A stretch of 64,000 nucleotides of DNA from Bacilli bacterium (GCA_045598525.1 JAZLMH010000023.1:10004-74003), one strand, 5' to 3'. Positions 17,188 to 27,221 are shown, counted from the stretch's first letter. A program made the numbers and translations. Notes: generated by a model from the sequence alone, not told the origin.

Positions 17188-20100
17188 TGAAGATAAGAGA
17201 AAAGATTAAAAAACTGTTACTTATCTTTGGCTTTACCGCCAGCGCTTTTGCAGTGCTTGTTTCTTCTACTTTTGCTTGGATTGTTTCTTCTAACAAAGTT
17301 CCTATGGGCAATACCACAGGTTATACTCAAGGCGCTTATTTCGCGCGCGGCCGCGGTACACATGATGACCCATACATTTTGAACGCACCAATTCACTTAT
17401 ATAACCTTGCCTGGCTCCAGGAAATGGGAAAATTCAATGTCATCGATGAGACCACGGGCAAATATGAGCCAGTCTATTTCGAGATGGAAGCAGATATCGA
17501 TGTCTCTGAAACCGAATATCAGAAACTTCCTCCAATTGGCACTCCTGAATATCCGTTTATTGGTAACTTCAATGGTGCAGGCCACACGATTTCCGGTCTT
17601 AAGACATGCAACGAATTAGGCAGCGGAGAGGATCAAATCCTTAGAAAGCCTTCAAGCGTAACAGACATCAGCAACGCAAATGTCATGGGTTTCTTTGGCG
17701 TCGTTGGACCATATAACGGAAATCCTTCAGCAGCCACATACAACAGCCAAGCAAACGAGATCAAAAACTTTAACATCAAAAACTATTCAATAATTTCCAA
17801 AACATCAAACCTTCTTGTCGGTGCCGTCGCAGGCTACATCAATGGAAAAATTTCAGAAGTTGCCGTTTCTAGTGAAGGCGATGGAATCACTTTCGATATT
17901 GGTGAAAGCACATCAAAATTAGGCACATTCAACAACCTCAGTGATTATGGTCTGGTCGGATATGCCGCAGAGGAATACAGAACCGAGTTAAATAACGAAA
18001 AGGTTGAAATTTATAACACGTTCATAACTGACGGTGATTCTGCAGGCAGTTCCTCAGGAAACCAAGACGCTTGGGGCGGAAACATTACCGCAGGAGATTT
18101 AAGCAACAGAATCAACACCCTTGCTGGCGACTCAGGAAACCAAACCGCTCTTAAATGGGAAAACAAAGTCAAAGAAAGAACGGCTTTTGTCGAAGGGGAA
18201 ACCGTCTATTCAGAAACAATTGTCGAGTACACCGATGAAGAATTAATGGTTGGAGCCTCCCAATATGAAGACGCAAACAACAAGTTAAAAGGCAAGGTTA
18301 TCTATGGAGAAAACCAAAACAATGATTTTTATGGTTCTTTAGACAGACCGGAAGAACTTGGCTATAGAGAAACTATTTATTCTCCTGGAGGGTCTGCTGA
18401 TTCTGACGACCCTGGCTCTGGATCTACAGGAGGAGGAGAACCATCAGACACACCAGGAGGAAACGTTGATATTCCTGGACGTCCAAAAAAATTTAAGGAA
18501 CCTACAACAGACGAATCCATTAACTACCAATATATCAAAGGCGGCCAATGGGGAGGCTTTGACAGTTTTAATGAAACTGAAGCTAACGGATCAATCTTTG
18601 AAAGAGATGAGCATTATATAATTACATTCACTGCGTCTAACAAATTTTATCTAGGTTTATGGAGCCTCGGGGAAAACGACGTAGTTCAATTAAACACAGG
18701 ACAATCTTATGTTTTCAGGGATTGGGGACAATATTTAAGACTTTGTGAGAGAAACGATTATGAGTCTGAAAAGCCGTGGTATCTCAGATACAACGGGCAA
18801 TCTCTAGTTTTGACAGGCAACGAAAGTTGGGCAAACGTTGTTTTCATCAACAACAAACTTCGTATTGACCCTACAAACATCACACATAACGCAAGAATTA
18901 CGTCTCCTACAACTGGATTAAATACCGCAGCCTTTAGCTATAACAATCAGGCATCTAAGTATTCCTTGCCAACAACTTTTCGTGCCAACGAGGGGCTTGT
19001 TCCTGTCCCTTATTACTTCCTCGAAAACCAAAATGGCGGATCACCAACAGTTACAAAAGATAGAAGCAATGCTACAAAGTTCACTTTAGACGCAAACAAC
19101 TTCTTGTTGTTTAAAAACAAAAGCGGAAACCAGGTTAACATCGGTACATATAACGAATGGACTTTTGAGCAATACGTTATTGCTAACGATAATTTAGGCA
19201 TGGCTTTTAGGGTCGTAGAGGAAGACGGAAAAAGCTACATCAGGCTTTACAAGAGAGTAACAAACGATAATGGAACAACATTGACTGCCCAAAGCCAGTA
19301 TTTGTATTACGATAACGTGTCTTTTGGTTATACAACGAATAGAGCAGAATCCAACGTCGTATTTGATGTTGAATCAAGCAAGCTTAAAACAGTCAAGTAT
19401 TGTCAAATAAGCGATTTAGGCGAGGATGACTATATCCCAACTACAAAGAACAAAAAACACGAAGAAAAGGTCGGTTCTTCCTACCTTCCTTTAAACGTAT
19501 ATAACACCACGCCGATCCCAGCCGAAGACCAAACAAACTTCTGGAACAATAGCACTCTCAATCCTGATGGATTAACTCCAGGTTTGTATACCCCTACACC
19601 AACAAATAATGGTTATGTCGTTGGCGGTACAAAAAATGATAGTGTCGATCTTACAGACGCAGCTGCAATTAAGTTTAATCAGTTCAGCGGCGTTGCCCCT
19701 TTTGGCGGAAACCAATTTGATGTTATGACTGTTAACCCTTCTTCTGGTCAATTCACATTTGTCAAAGATGACGGAGAATCTAGTGCAATATCTGCAAATA
19801 GAGAAACGCTTAGCCACATTCAAGACTGGAGCAAACACTCATATAGCGATTTAGGTCTACAAAGATTCAAAGAATCCAAAGCGACAATCGGAACAAAGCT
19901 TGGCACCGACCAAACTTTCATGCGCTTCAACGGAGTTAATATCAGCGATAAAGAAATCGTTACGGCAGATTATGCTTTATTTAATCAGCATATCTACAAA
20001 GATTATGAATTACCTGAATCTTCATTTGATTTCAAAGTTGAGGATGAGGTAGGAATCTTTAACATGTTCACAAGCGCTTATAGAGAAGGCGCGGATTGTA

Positions 20101-21206
20101 CAGGCTTTGCCTCTTTCTATCAAATCCTTAGAGATGGGGATGAAAAAATTACAGAAATCAAACGTATCAGTAAAATTTATGGCGACGATTCTGGCAATAT
20201 CGCATATCAGTATTTTGAAGACATCTCTTCTGCAACAACGGCTGATGGTTATTTTGATAGCGATCAGAATGCGGTCTCGATTACTGGATATACCTTAAAA
20301 TTCGACATGGCTTGGTTAGAGAGCCCAGGATTTGCAAACACCCATGCAGGTTGTTATTACTTCGAATGGCCGGCTGCCCAAGGCGAATACGCAATTGCAT
20401 CAACCCCAAATAGCGAAACAGAAGCAAAGAACGGCTATATGTATTATGTCGGAGTCGGTGCTCCAGTAGAAAACATTCAAAGAACACAAATCTATGAAAA
20501 ATACGTTAAAACAAAAACCTCCAGCACTGTTGTTAAAGGCGTTTATTTCGTAAACGACTTAAGCGATCCTCGCTCTTCAAGCAATAATCTTGCCATCAAG
20601 ATTGAAGATGGATTTACAGGCGTCATCTCTATTTCCTCAAACGCTAGCAACGAAGTCATCGTTGAAGGTTTTAATTCCACTACTACCGAACTAAATTACA
20701 AAAACTATGACACGGTATTCAAAGAGTCAAGCGACGCTTCGGACGAAATTGAAGTCGGGTCTTCGTCGGCAATAGAAACAACAGTAGAAAAAGTAACGTA
20801 TATCGACGGTGAAGGAGACAGCCAAAAAATGTATTCCATCACCAAGACTACAGTTAATAACAATGGCGTTTTAAGTGACCCTGTTAGAGAAGGCGTTTTA
20901 TATGAGACGATCGGGGCAGAACCTAAGAATTACGAAAACGCTGCAATGAATCCAACCAACACTAACGTCAATACTGTCATTTATGAGTTCCACTACACAT
21001 TTATAAAAGAAGATGTTATTGAGCTGACCGTGGCGTTCAAGCTTGATGACGGATCAATGACAACAGGCAAATATTACGTTACCTTTGAGGGTAACTCTGA
21101 AGACGTCAACATAACATTCAACGTATTCGACAGCGATGAGATTGGCATTTACCTAAATGACGCTCTGGTTGAAACGTTTACCATATTGGTGGAGGCTAAT
21201 TTATGA
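17184..21206 (+). CDS. Giant 1340 aa secreted protein with a SipW-cognate-like signal and a beta-helix-like N-terminal domain; putative adhesin or fibre-associated protein
   Basis: The signal is KKLLLIFGFTASAFAVLVSSTFAWIVSS. Just after it comes GRGTHDDPYILNAPIHLYNLAWL, the G-x-G-T-x-x-x-P-Y-x-I cap common at the start of pectin-lyase-fold beta-helices, then FIGNFNGAGHTISGL. A Gly/Asp/Pro-rich linker sits near residue 410. The start overlaps the upstream stop (GTGATG). No recognisable catalytic motif was found. Confidence 0.6.
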   Translation: MMKIREKIKKLLLIFGFTASAFAVLVSSTFAWIVSSNKVPMGNTTGYTQGAYFARGRGTHDDPYILNAPIHLYNLAWLQEMGKFNVIDETTGKYEPVYFEMEADIDVSETEYQKLPPIGTPEYPFIGNFNGAGHTISGLKTCNELGSGEDQILRKPSSVTDISNANVMGFFGVVGPYNGNPSAATYNSQANEIKNFNIKNYSIISKTSNLLVGAVAGYINGKISEVAVSSEGDGITFDIGESTSKLGTFNNLSDYGLVGYAAEEYRTELNNEKVEIYNTFITDGDSAGSSSGNQDAWGGNITAGDLSNRINTLAGDSGNQTALKWENKVKERTAFVEGETVYSETIVEYTDEELMVGASQYEDANNKLKGKVIYGENQNNDFYGSLDRPEELGYRETIYSPGGSADSDDPGSGSTGGGEPSDTPGGNVDIPGRPKKFKEPTTDESINYQYIKGGQWGGFDSFNETEANGSIFERDEHYIITFTASNKFYLGLWSLGENDVVQLNTGQSYVFRDWGQYLRLCERNDYESEKPWYLRYNGQSLVLTGNESWANVVFINNKLRIDPTNITHNARITSPTTGLNTAAFSYNNQASKYSLPTTFRANEGLVPVPYYFLENQNGGSPTVTKDRSNATKFTLDANNFLLFKNKSGNQVNIGTYNEWTFEQYVIANDNLGMAFRVVEEDGKSYIRLYKRVTNDNGTTLTAQSQYLYYDNVSFGYTTNRAESNVVFDVESSKLKTVKYCQISDLGEDDYIPTTKNKKHEEKVGSSYLPLNVYNTTPIPAEDQTNFWNNSTLNPDGLTPGLYTPTPTNNGYVVGGTKNDSVDLTDAAAIKFNQFSGVAPFGGNQFDVMTVNPSSGQFTFVKDDGESSAISANRETLSHIQDWSKHSYSDLGLQRFKESKATIGTKLGTDQTFMRFNGVNISDKEIVTADYALFNQHIYKDYELPESSFDFKVEDEVGIFNMFTSAYREGADCTGFASFYQILRDGDEKITEIKRISKIYGDDSGNIAYQYFEDISSATTADGYFDSDQNAVSITGYTLKFDMAWLESPGFANTHAGCYYFEWPAAQGEYAIASTPNSETEAKNGYMYYVGVGAPVENIQRTQIYEKYVKTKTSSTVVKGVYFVNDLSDPRSSSNNLAIKIEDGFTGVISISSNASNEVIVEGFNSTTTELNYKNYDTVFKESSDASDEIEVGSSSAIETTVEKVTYIDGEGDSQKMYSITKTTVNNNGVLSDPVREGVLYETIGAEPKNYENAAMNPTNTNVNTVIYEFHYTFIKEDVIELTVAFKLDDGSMTTGKYYVTFEGNSEDVNITFNVFDSDEIGIYLNDALVETFTILVEANL

Positions 21207-22753
21207 AATTAAACTTGGTTCTAATAGCTGCAGGAGTTTTTGCTCTTGCTAGTTGCGCAAATTCTAATAATGGGAGCGGCAGCAAGGCTCCATCAAGCAG
21301 TACTCAAAGCGAAAACAGCACTAAATTAGTTTTAAGTAACGACATCGAAAAAGCAGAAAGAGACATCGATAATTCTTTCAACGCTTTTATGTCTGCCAAA
21401 GATAATCAAACCAAGAATGCTTTGTTTTTTGGTCTAAATAAAGCAGCCGCAATAGCAGAGTTAAATCTTCATGGAAACATCGCATATGAAGGTCATGATA
21501 ACGGCGAAAATAGCGCTTTTGTCAAAGTGACAGCAGAACCAATGAGCCAAGCTTATGGTTTCCTTGAATCAATAGTCCTACAAGGCCACCCTAAAGAAAA
21601 CTACTCAGGAAAGAGTTTCTTCACCAGCCCTAATTCAAATAGGCTTGGCATTCTTACTTTCGAAGACAGGAATGAAGTAATAATCGAATATTGGAGTGAT
21701 TATCATATGGTAATCGGCAACGATGATGCTGGACCATATGTCTTATCTTTCAACTTTAGCGAAAAAGAACAATATCTCAATTATGAGACACCTTATTTTG
21801 GTTTCGTTTATAACAACGTTGAAGACAATTTCGAAGAAGATTATGAAGCTATAATGAACTTTGCTTCTTCTACTCTAGACGTCTCTTCAGCACCTTTTTC
21901 CATGGTTAAAGAAATCTATTTAGATGATGGAAGGGACCTTCACCCTACTTATAGTAGCGAAAATCCTGATCATGTTTTGTATAGCAAAGTTAAAAATAAG
22001 TATTTTAGCGATAACGTCCTTTCTGAAATCTATTTCAAAAAGAAATATTATGTTGGAGCACTTAATAGCCAAGACACATTAGAAATTAGCGACAACACAT
22101 TAAGAAGCGTGGATTACCTTTCAATGACTTTTGAACTAGATGTTCCTGAAGGAGTTACGACAATCGAAAAACTCTATGGCAATAGCGATAGAACGAACTA
22201 TATCTACTGCCTTCATCTTCCTAGCAGCGTAGAAACAATTCTTCCTTCAGCAATCAACGAAAATGTTATAACTGATTGCGTTTTTATCGATGGAGAAACC
22301 CCAAAGCCACAATTGGAATCTGTTTTAAAGGGATTTAATCCAGATATTAAAATCTATTATTCTCCAGATTTCCAAATTGTTGGAGGACTGTATGTCCCTA
22401 ATGCTTTCCATAACCAGTCCACAGAAGATGACCATGAACACGTATTCACTAAAAAGATTGCTTCAGAAAATATATTTTGCGAAGAAGCAAATTGCCAACA
22501 CCCAACAAGATATTTCTATTCTTGCAACGAATGTGACGCCACATCAATCGCAGTTTTTGAAGAGGGCGAGTTAGGCAGTCATATTTTCAGTGAAATTGAA
22601 ATGCAAAACAGGTTCCCTTGCATTGGGTATTTCGTATACGAACGCTGTGAAATCTGCAACGAGCAAACATCGACATGGGTCGACCCTGTGGACGAAGGCC
22701 ATGAATATAACGAAGACGGTCACTGCAGATACTGCGGTAAATTAAATAACTAA
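21203..22753 (+). CDS. Lipoprotein with BspA-type LRR-like segments and a Cys-rich C-terminal domain (putative zinc-ribbon-like)
   Basis: 516 aa. The signal has an LASC lipobox. A 4 nt ATGA overlap couples it to the giant gene, and GGAGG sits 9 nt upstream. The C-terminus has CEEANCQH...SCNECD...CIGYFVYERCEICNEQ...GHCRYCGKLN with eight or more paired Cys. Confidence 0.55.
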   Translation: MKLNLVLIAAGVFALASCANSNNGSGSKAPSSSTQSENSTKLVLSNDIEKAERDIDNSFNAFMSAKDNQTKNALFFGLNKAAAIAELNLHGNIAYEGHDNGENSAFVKVTAEPMSQAYGFLESIVLQGHPKENYSGKSFFTSPNSNRLGILTFEDRNEVIIEYWSDYHMVIGNDDAGPYVLSFNFSEKEQYLNYETPYFGFVYNNVEDNFEEDYEAIMNFASSTLDVSSAPFSMVKEIYLDDGRDLHPTYSSENPDHVLYSKVKNKYFSDNVLSEIYFKKKYYVGALNSQDTLEISDNTLRSVDYLSMTFELDVPEGVTTIEKLYGNSDRTNYIYCLHLPSSVETILPSAINENVITDCVFIDGETPKPQLESVLKGFNPDIKIYYSPDFQIVGGLYVPNAFHNQSTEDDHEHVFTKKIASENIFCEEANCQHPTRYFYSCNECDATSIAVFEEGELGSHIFSEIEMQNRFPCIGYFVYERCEICNEQTSTWVDPVDEGHEYNEDGHCRYCGKLNN

Positions 22754-22891
22754 ACTTAATATTGAATACACGTGTGCATACGCGCCTGTATGGGCGCTTT
22801 AGGCATGTGGTTGAGGAATTACCTCATTAACTAATAGAAATAATCTCTAGAGCCCACTATTAAACGTTTTTAGCGTGCTTATATTGCTATC

Positions 22892-22936
22892 AAAAAAAGG
22901 ACCGTCGTTTCTGACGGTCCGGGTTTGTTATTTCTT
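22892..22936. terminator. Bidirectional rho-independent terminator between convergent genes
   Basis: An 8 bp ggaccgtc / gacggtcc stem with a 6 nt loop is preceded by caaaaaaa and followed by gggtttgttatttctt. Confidence 0.65.
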
Positions 22937-22944
22937 AAAGATGA

Positions 22945-25900
22945 TTAAGCTCCTTTTGGAGCTTTTTTCTTCTTAAGAACAAGAACGACTGCAACAGCAG
23001 CTGCTGCGACAACTGCGGCTGATCCTGCAGCGATGCCGACGATGAGGCCTGCGTTTGCTGGCTGGCCTTTATCGCCTGCTGATGTGCCATTGCCTGCGAC
23101 ATATTCGTTAACGTATTTATCAGCTGCGACATATAACTCGAATGAATAGCCATAGGTCTTTTCTGATGTAACGAATAAGATGTGGACGAAGCCGTTAAAT
23201 TCTTCTTCGACAGTACCTGAGATAACGTTGCCATTTAATTCAAGACCTGCTGGAAGAGGTGTTGCTGTACCAATCTTGATTTCTGCGCCAGAAACTGACT
23301 CTGGGGCTTCGATTTCGATTTCGATTGCGTCACCAACTTTTGCTTCTAAACGTTCATCGATGACGTTTGTTAATTTTGCATCAACTTCCTGGGTTAAGGC
23401 TGTCTGCATAGCACCAGAGTTAGCACACATCCACATTGCTTCTTTAGCGCATGTACGGACTGCATACCACCATGAGTATGATGGGGTATTTTCACCGCTA
23501 ATCTTACTCTTATAGACTGGGCAGTGTAATGTGTTGCTCCAACTTGCATTGACGTCCTCTTTGTAGCTCTGTGAGTCGAGTTGGTTGTTACAACCTGCTA
23601 AGACACGGTTGTTGATGTTTTCGTAGCACTTGCCGTTGAATGCACTGTTACCATGGTGGGTCATATCAGAGATGATAGAGCCTTTGAAGCCCCATTCATT
23701 TCTTAAGACTTCTGTTAATAAAGGATAGGAAGCAGCTGTTTCCATTAAACCTAAACGGTTATAGGAAGACATGATGCCTGTTGCTTTGCCTTCCTGGACA
23801 GCCATCTGGAATGGCTTTAAGTAGATTTCGCGGAGTGCCTGTTCGCTTAAGTAAGCGGTGACGCCTTCACGGTTCTTTTCCTGGTCGTTGACAGCAAAGT
23901 GTTTGAAGAAGCAGTAAATACCTAAATCGGTAGCGCCTGCAACGACCCTGCCACACATACGTCCACTTAAGAATGGATCTGCGGAGTAGTATTCGAAGTT
24001 ACGTCCGCCGAATGGAGAACGGTGTAAGTTACAAGCTGGACCAGCCCATCCGTAAGTACCGGATAAATGAGCCTCAGTACCAACCATTTCGCCCTGTTTC
24101 TTTGCAAGCTCAACGTTGAATGTTGCTGCAACGATTGGAGCGCCTGTCCACCAAATGATCTTGAATTGTGATGGGCCGTCGGAGTCGCCAGATGATGGCT
24201 TATCCATTCTGCTGATAGCTGGGTTGTGTTGGCTGCCGCCTGTGACGAAGTTAATCATTTCAGCGTAGGTCATCTGGTTCATGAATTCTTCCCATTTTGG
24301 GTCATCCATTGGTAAACCGACCATTTCTTTAAACTGAATTGATTGATCTTTTGTTAATGTTGTTTCTTGCTGAGTCCAGCCTAATGCTTCAATATCCTCT
24401 TTGGTCTTGTAAGCTGTTTTTGGCATGTACTCATAGTTTTCATCATGTTCGATGTCATCGAGTGAGAACTGGTGGTTGTAGAATTCTTGGACTCTGCTAC
24501 CTGCTTTTAATGTACGTTCCTCGATGGTTGGGTGATGTGGGAATGTTGCAGCAAAATCTTCACGTGAGAAGTGTTCGAAGCCAATGTCGTTTGCAAGAGG
24601 TAATGAGCTATAGAAATCTTGGCCTGAAAAACGGTTTTCAACTTTGTATCCAGTGAAACGATCTTTTTCGAACTGGATGCCGTTGTTCTTAACTCTGAAA
24701 TCAACAGAATCGAGAACTTCGTGTGCGTTTTTGCAAACATAGATGGAGTAATTTCCTTCATCAAGTTCATAGCCTTTGAAGCTGTTGTTGTTTGCATCTG
24801 TGTAGTCGTAGTTAGCAACATCAGCAATTGAGAAGCTTAATTCATAGATGTCTGATTCGCCTGGTTCAAGAACTTTTGTCTTGTCAAATGCGCATAAGAC
24901 ATGGTCTGCTTTTTCGATTCCGCCTGCTGTGTATGGTGCTTTCCAGTAAAGCTGGACAACATCTTTACCTGCGATATCCCCGGTATTTGTGACTTTAACT
25001 TTGACTCTGACTTCTTCAGATTCTTTTTCAAGGGTTCTGCCAGCAACTGTTGTTCCAACAATTTCCTGTTCGAATTCTGTGTAGCTTAAGCCATAACCGA
25101 ATGGGTAGATAACACCTTCTTCGCCTTCATACCAAGCGTCTGCTGCATCTTTACCTTCACTAGCGACTAAATCTTGATAGCGTGTTTCGTAGTAACGGTA
25201 GTCGACATAGACGCCTTCTTCGTAGCTAATGTATGAGGAAGGTTTGACGCCGTTAAGACCACTTTCGACAACTTTCTGAGCTTCTTCAATATATTTTGGA
25301 TCACTCTTTAAAGTGCCATCGCTTCTGACTGGTGTTCCATCTGCGTTGAACATGGTGTCCTGAGAAGCGTGCTTTAATCTGTTTGAAGTGTTTGGAAGAG
25401 CTTCGCCTGTGTGACGGTTGTCAGAGAAGTTCTGCCATGTTGGGTCCTTTGCGAAGTTACGTGCCCATGTGTCAACGGTGTGACCAGATGGGTTGACTTC
25501 ACCAGAGAGGATACGGCCAACTGCTGAAGCACCGTGAGCGCCTGGGTTGCCCATCCAAAGGACTGCTTTGACTTGGTCATCATCTTCAAACTGGTCACAC
25601 TGGAAGATGTTACCTGAGTTGATAAGGATGATGATGTTGTCAAATTTCTCGTGAAGCATATCAAACAATGCCTGTTCGTTGTCTGAAAGTTCAAGAGCGT
25701 GTTTTGTTGAATAACCAAACTGTGTTGAGTCGGTTGCGTCGATTGTTAAAAGGTCACAACCTTCGGAACCTTCACGGCTTAAGACCATGATGGCTGCATC
25801 ATTATATTCATCAAATGTTGCTTTTAATGTTTCGTCGTAGCTAGAGATTGGTGTTTCACCGATAGTGACCTGTGAGTTGCCTTTCCAGCCATCGTTACCG

Positions 25901-26352
25901 TTTGTACGTCCGCTGCCAGATCTGCTGTTGCTCTTATAGAAATCTGTGAGAGCGCCATTGATTTGGAAGCCAGCATCGGTTAAAGATCTCTGTAAATCGA
26001 TCTGGGTTTCGCCATTGACACGGCCGCTGCCTGAGCCACCGCCGCCATAGACAAGACTTGTGCTGCTCTTACCAAAGACGGAGATTTTTTCAACACCTTC
26101 CATAGGAAGGAAGCCATCTAAGTTCTTGAGAAGTGTAAAGCCTTCATTACAAATCTCATCATTCAAGGCAGAGCCAGCCTTGATGTAATCATCCCTATTC
26201 GTGTATTTTGCGATGAACTCGGTTTCCCTGAGAGTAGGAGCAGCCTCGTTTGCCGCAAGCATCGGAATAGAAAGACTGCTTAACATGAGCGTTAATAAAA
26301 ATTTTTTTATCATTCTTTCTTCTTTCCGCAACAAAAGTTGCAAAATGCGCAA
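22945..26352 (-). CDS. Glycoside hydrolase family 3 enzyme (beta-glucosidase/beta-xylosidase-like), cell-surface anchored by a C-terminal TM helix
   Basis: 1135 aa. It has an N-terminal signal peptide and GH3 motifs (KHFAVNDQE; GFKGSIISDM with the nucleophile Asp). The C-terminal hydrophobic helix is followed by KKKKAPKGA and has no LPXTG. Confidence 0.85.
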   Translation of the reverse strand: MRILQLLLRKEERMIKKFLLTLMLSSLSIPMLAANEAAPTLRETEFIAKYTNRDDYIKAGSALNDEICNEGFTLLKNLDGFLPMEGVEKISVFGKSSTSLVYGGGGSGSGRVNGETQIDLQRSLTDAGFQINGALTDFYKSNSRSGSGRTNGNDGWKGNSQVTIGETPISSYDETLKATFDEYNDAAIMVLSREGSEGCDLLTIDATDSTQFGYSTKHALELSDNEQALFDMLHEKFDNIIILINSGNIFQCDQFEDDDQVKAVLWMGNPGAHGASAVGRILSGEVNPSGHTVDTWARNFAKDPTWQNFSDNRHTGEALPNTSNRLKHASQDTMFNADGTPVRSDGTLKSDPKYIEEAQKVVESGLNGVKPSSYISYEEGVYVDYRYYETRYQDLVASEGKDAADAWYEGEEGVIYPFGYGLSYTEFEQEIVGTTVAGRTLEKESEEVRVKVKVTNTGDIAGKDVVQLYWKAPYTAGGIEKADHVLCAFDKTKVLEPGESDIYELSFSIADVANYDYTDANNNSFKGYELDEGNYSIYVCKNAHEVLDSVDFRVKNNGIQFEKDRFTGYKVENRFSGQDFYSSLPLANDIGFEHFSREDFAATFPHHPTIEERTLKAGSRVQEFYNHQFSLDDIEHDENYEYMPKTAYKTKEDIEALGWTQQETTLTKDQSIQFKEMVGLPMDDPKWEEFMNQMTYAEMINFVTGGSQHNPAISRMDKPSSGDSDGPSQFKIIWWTGAPIVAATFNVELAKKQGEMVGTEAHLSGTYGWAGPACNLHRSPFGGRNFEYYSADPFLSGRMCGRVVAGATDLGIYCFFKHFAVNDQEKNREGVTAYLSEQALREIYLKPFQMAVQEGKATGIMSSYNRLGLMETAASYPLLTEVLRNEWGFKGSIISDMTHHGNSAFNGKCYENINNRVLAGCNNQLDSQSYKEDVNASWSNTLHCPVYKSKISGENTPSYSWWYAVRTCAKEAMWMCANSGAMQTALTQEVDAKLTNVIDERLEAKVGDAIEIEIEAPESVSGAEIKIGTATPLPAGLELNGNVISGTVEEEFNGFVHILFVTSEKTYGYSFELYVAADKYVNEYVAGNGTSAGDKGQPANAGLIVGIAAGSAAVVAAAAVAVVLVLKKKKAPKGA

Positions 26353-26432
26353 ATTAAATACAGGCGATTTTAATGTGGCGCATGTTTTTCTTAATAATAT
26401 TCTTTATTATTAGGCTTTTCAAACTCTATTAA

Positions 26433-27098
26433 TTACAGATCAAACTTGTTCCAAGGCTCTGCTTCGGTGTTTGGAAAATATTCGCATTCAATTATTTTGT
26501 TTGAAAACGGGTGCTTTAAAGTAACATTTTTTGACCATAATGCAAAACCTTTCATTTTGCATCTGCTGCCATATTTTCCATCTCCGTATACAGGCGTTCT
26601 TCTCGAGGCAAACTGAACCCTTATTTGATGACTTCTGCCAGTTAAAAGCCTAACGGAGACCAATGCATGGCCATCTTCAGCTTCCGCTAACACTTTGTAT
26701 CTGAGTTTTGCTTCTTTTGAGCCTTTTCTATCAGATTTAACAACGAATGATTTGTTTTGTCTTTTATCGTGAAAAAGGAAATCCACCAATTCCCCTTCTT
26801 TTTCTTCTGGAGATTTATCAAGGACGACTAAGTATGTTTTTTGGAACGTCTCGTGATCTTGAACTTGCTCTGAGAGTTTTGCTGCTGCAGCTTTACCTCT
26901 AGCGTAAACCATTACCCCGCCTGTCGCGGTGTCTAGCCTATGAACCAAATAGACGTCTTTGTATTTTTCATTAAGCAAAGTCAGAAGATCTTGTTTGCCA
27001 GTAGGATCTTTTTGAGAAGCCATGCCGCAAGGCTTAACAGCAACAATCATGTGCTTGTCTTCAAACAAAATCTTTATATCTTCGACTGAGCGGTCCAT
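26433..27098 (-). CDS. RluA-family pseudouridine synthase
   Basis: 221 aa with the HRLDTATGGVMVYA catalytic Asp motif. Confidence 0.85.
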   Translation of the reverse strand: MDRSVEDIKILFEDKHMIVAVKPCGMASQKDPTGKQDLLTLLNEKYKDVYLVHRLDTATGGVMVYARGKAAAAKLSEQVQDHETFQKTYLVVLDKSPEEKEGELVDFLFHDKRQNKSFVVKSDRKGSKEAKLRYKVLAEAEDGHALVSVRLLTGRSHQIRVQFASRRTPVYGDGKYGSRCKMKGFALWSKNVTLKHPFSNKIIECEYFPNTEAEPWNKFDL

Positions 27099-27221
27099 AA
27101 CACTTCAAGTTTAACACAAAAGCAGCCACTTAATACGAAAGTAAAAGGATAAATATTGTTATTTATCTAAGCGAAAATGGTTTATCCTATATTTATCAAA
27201 CAAATACAAGGAGCCTAAACA

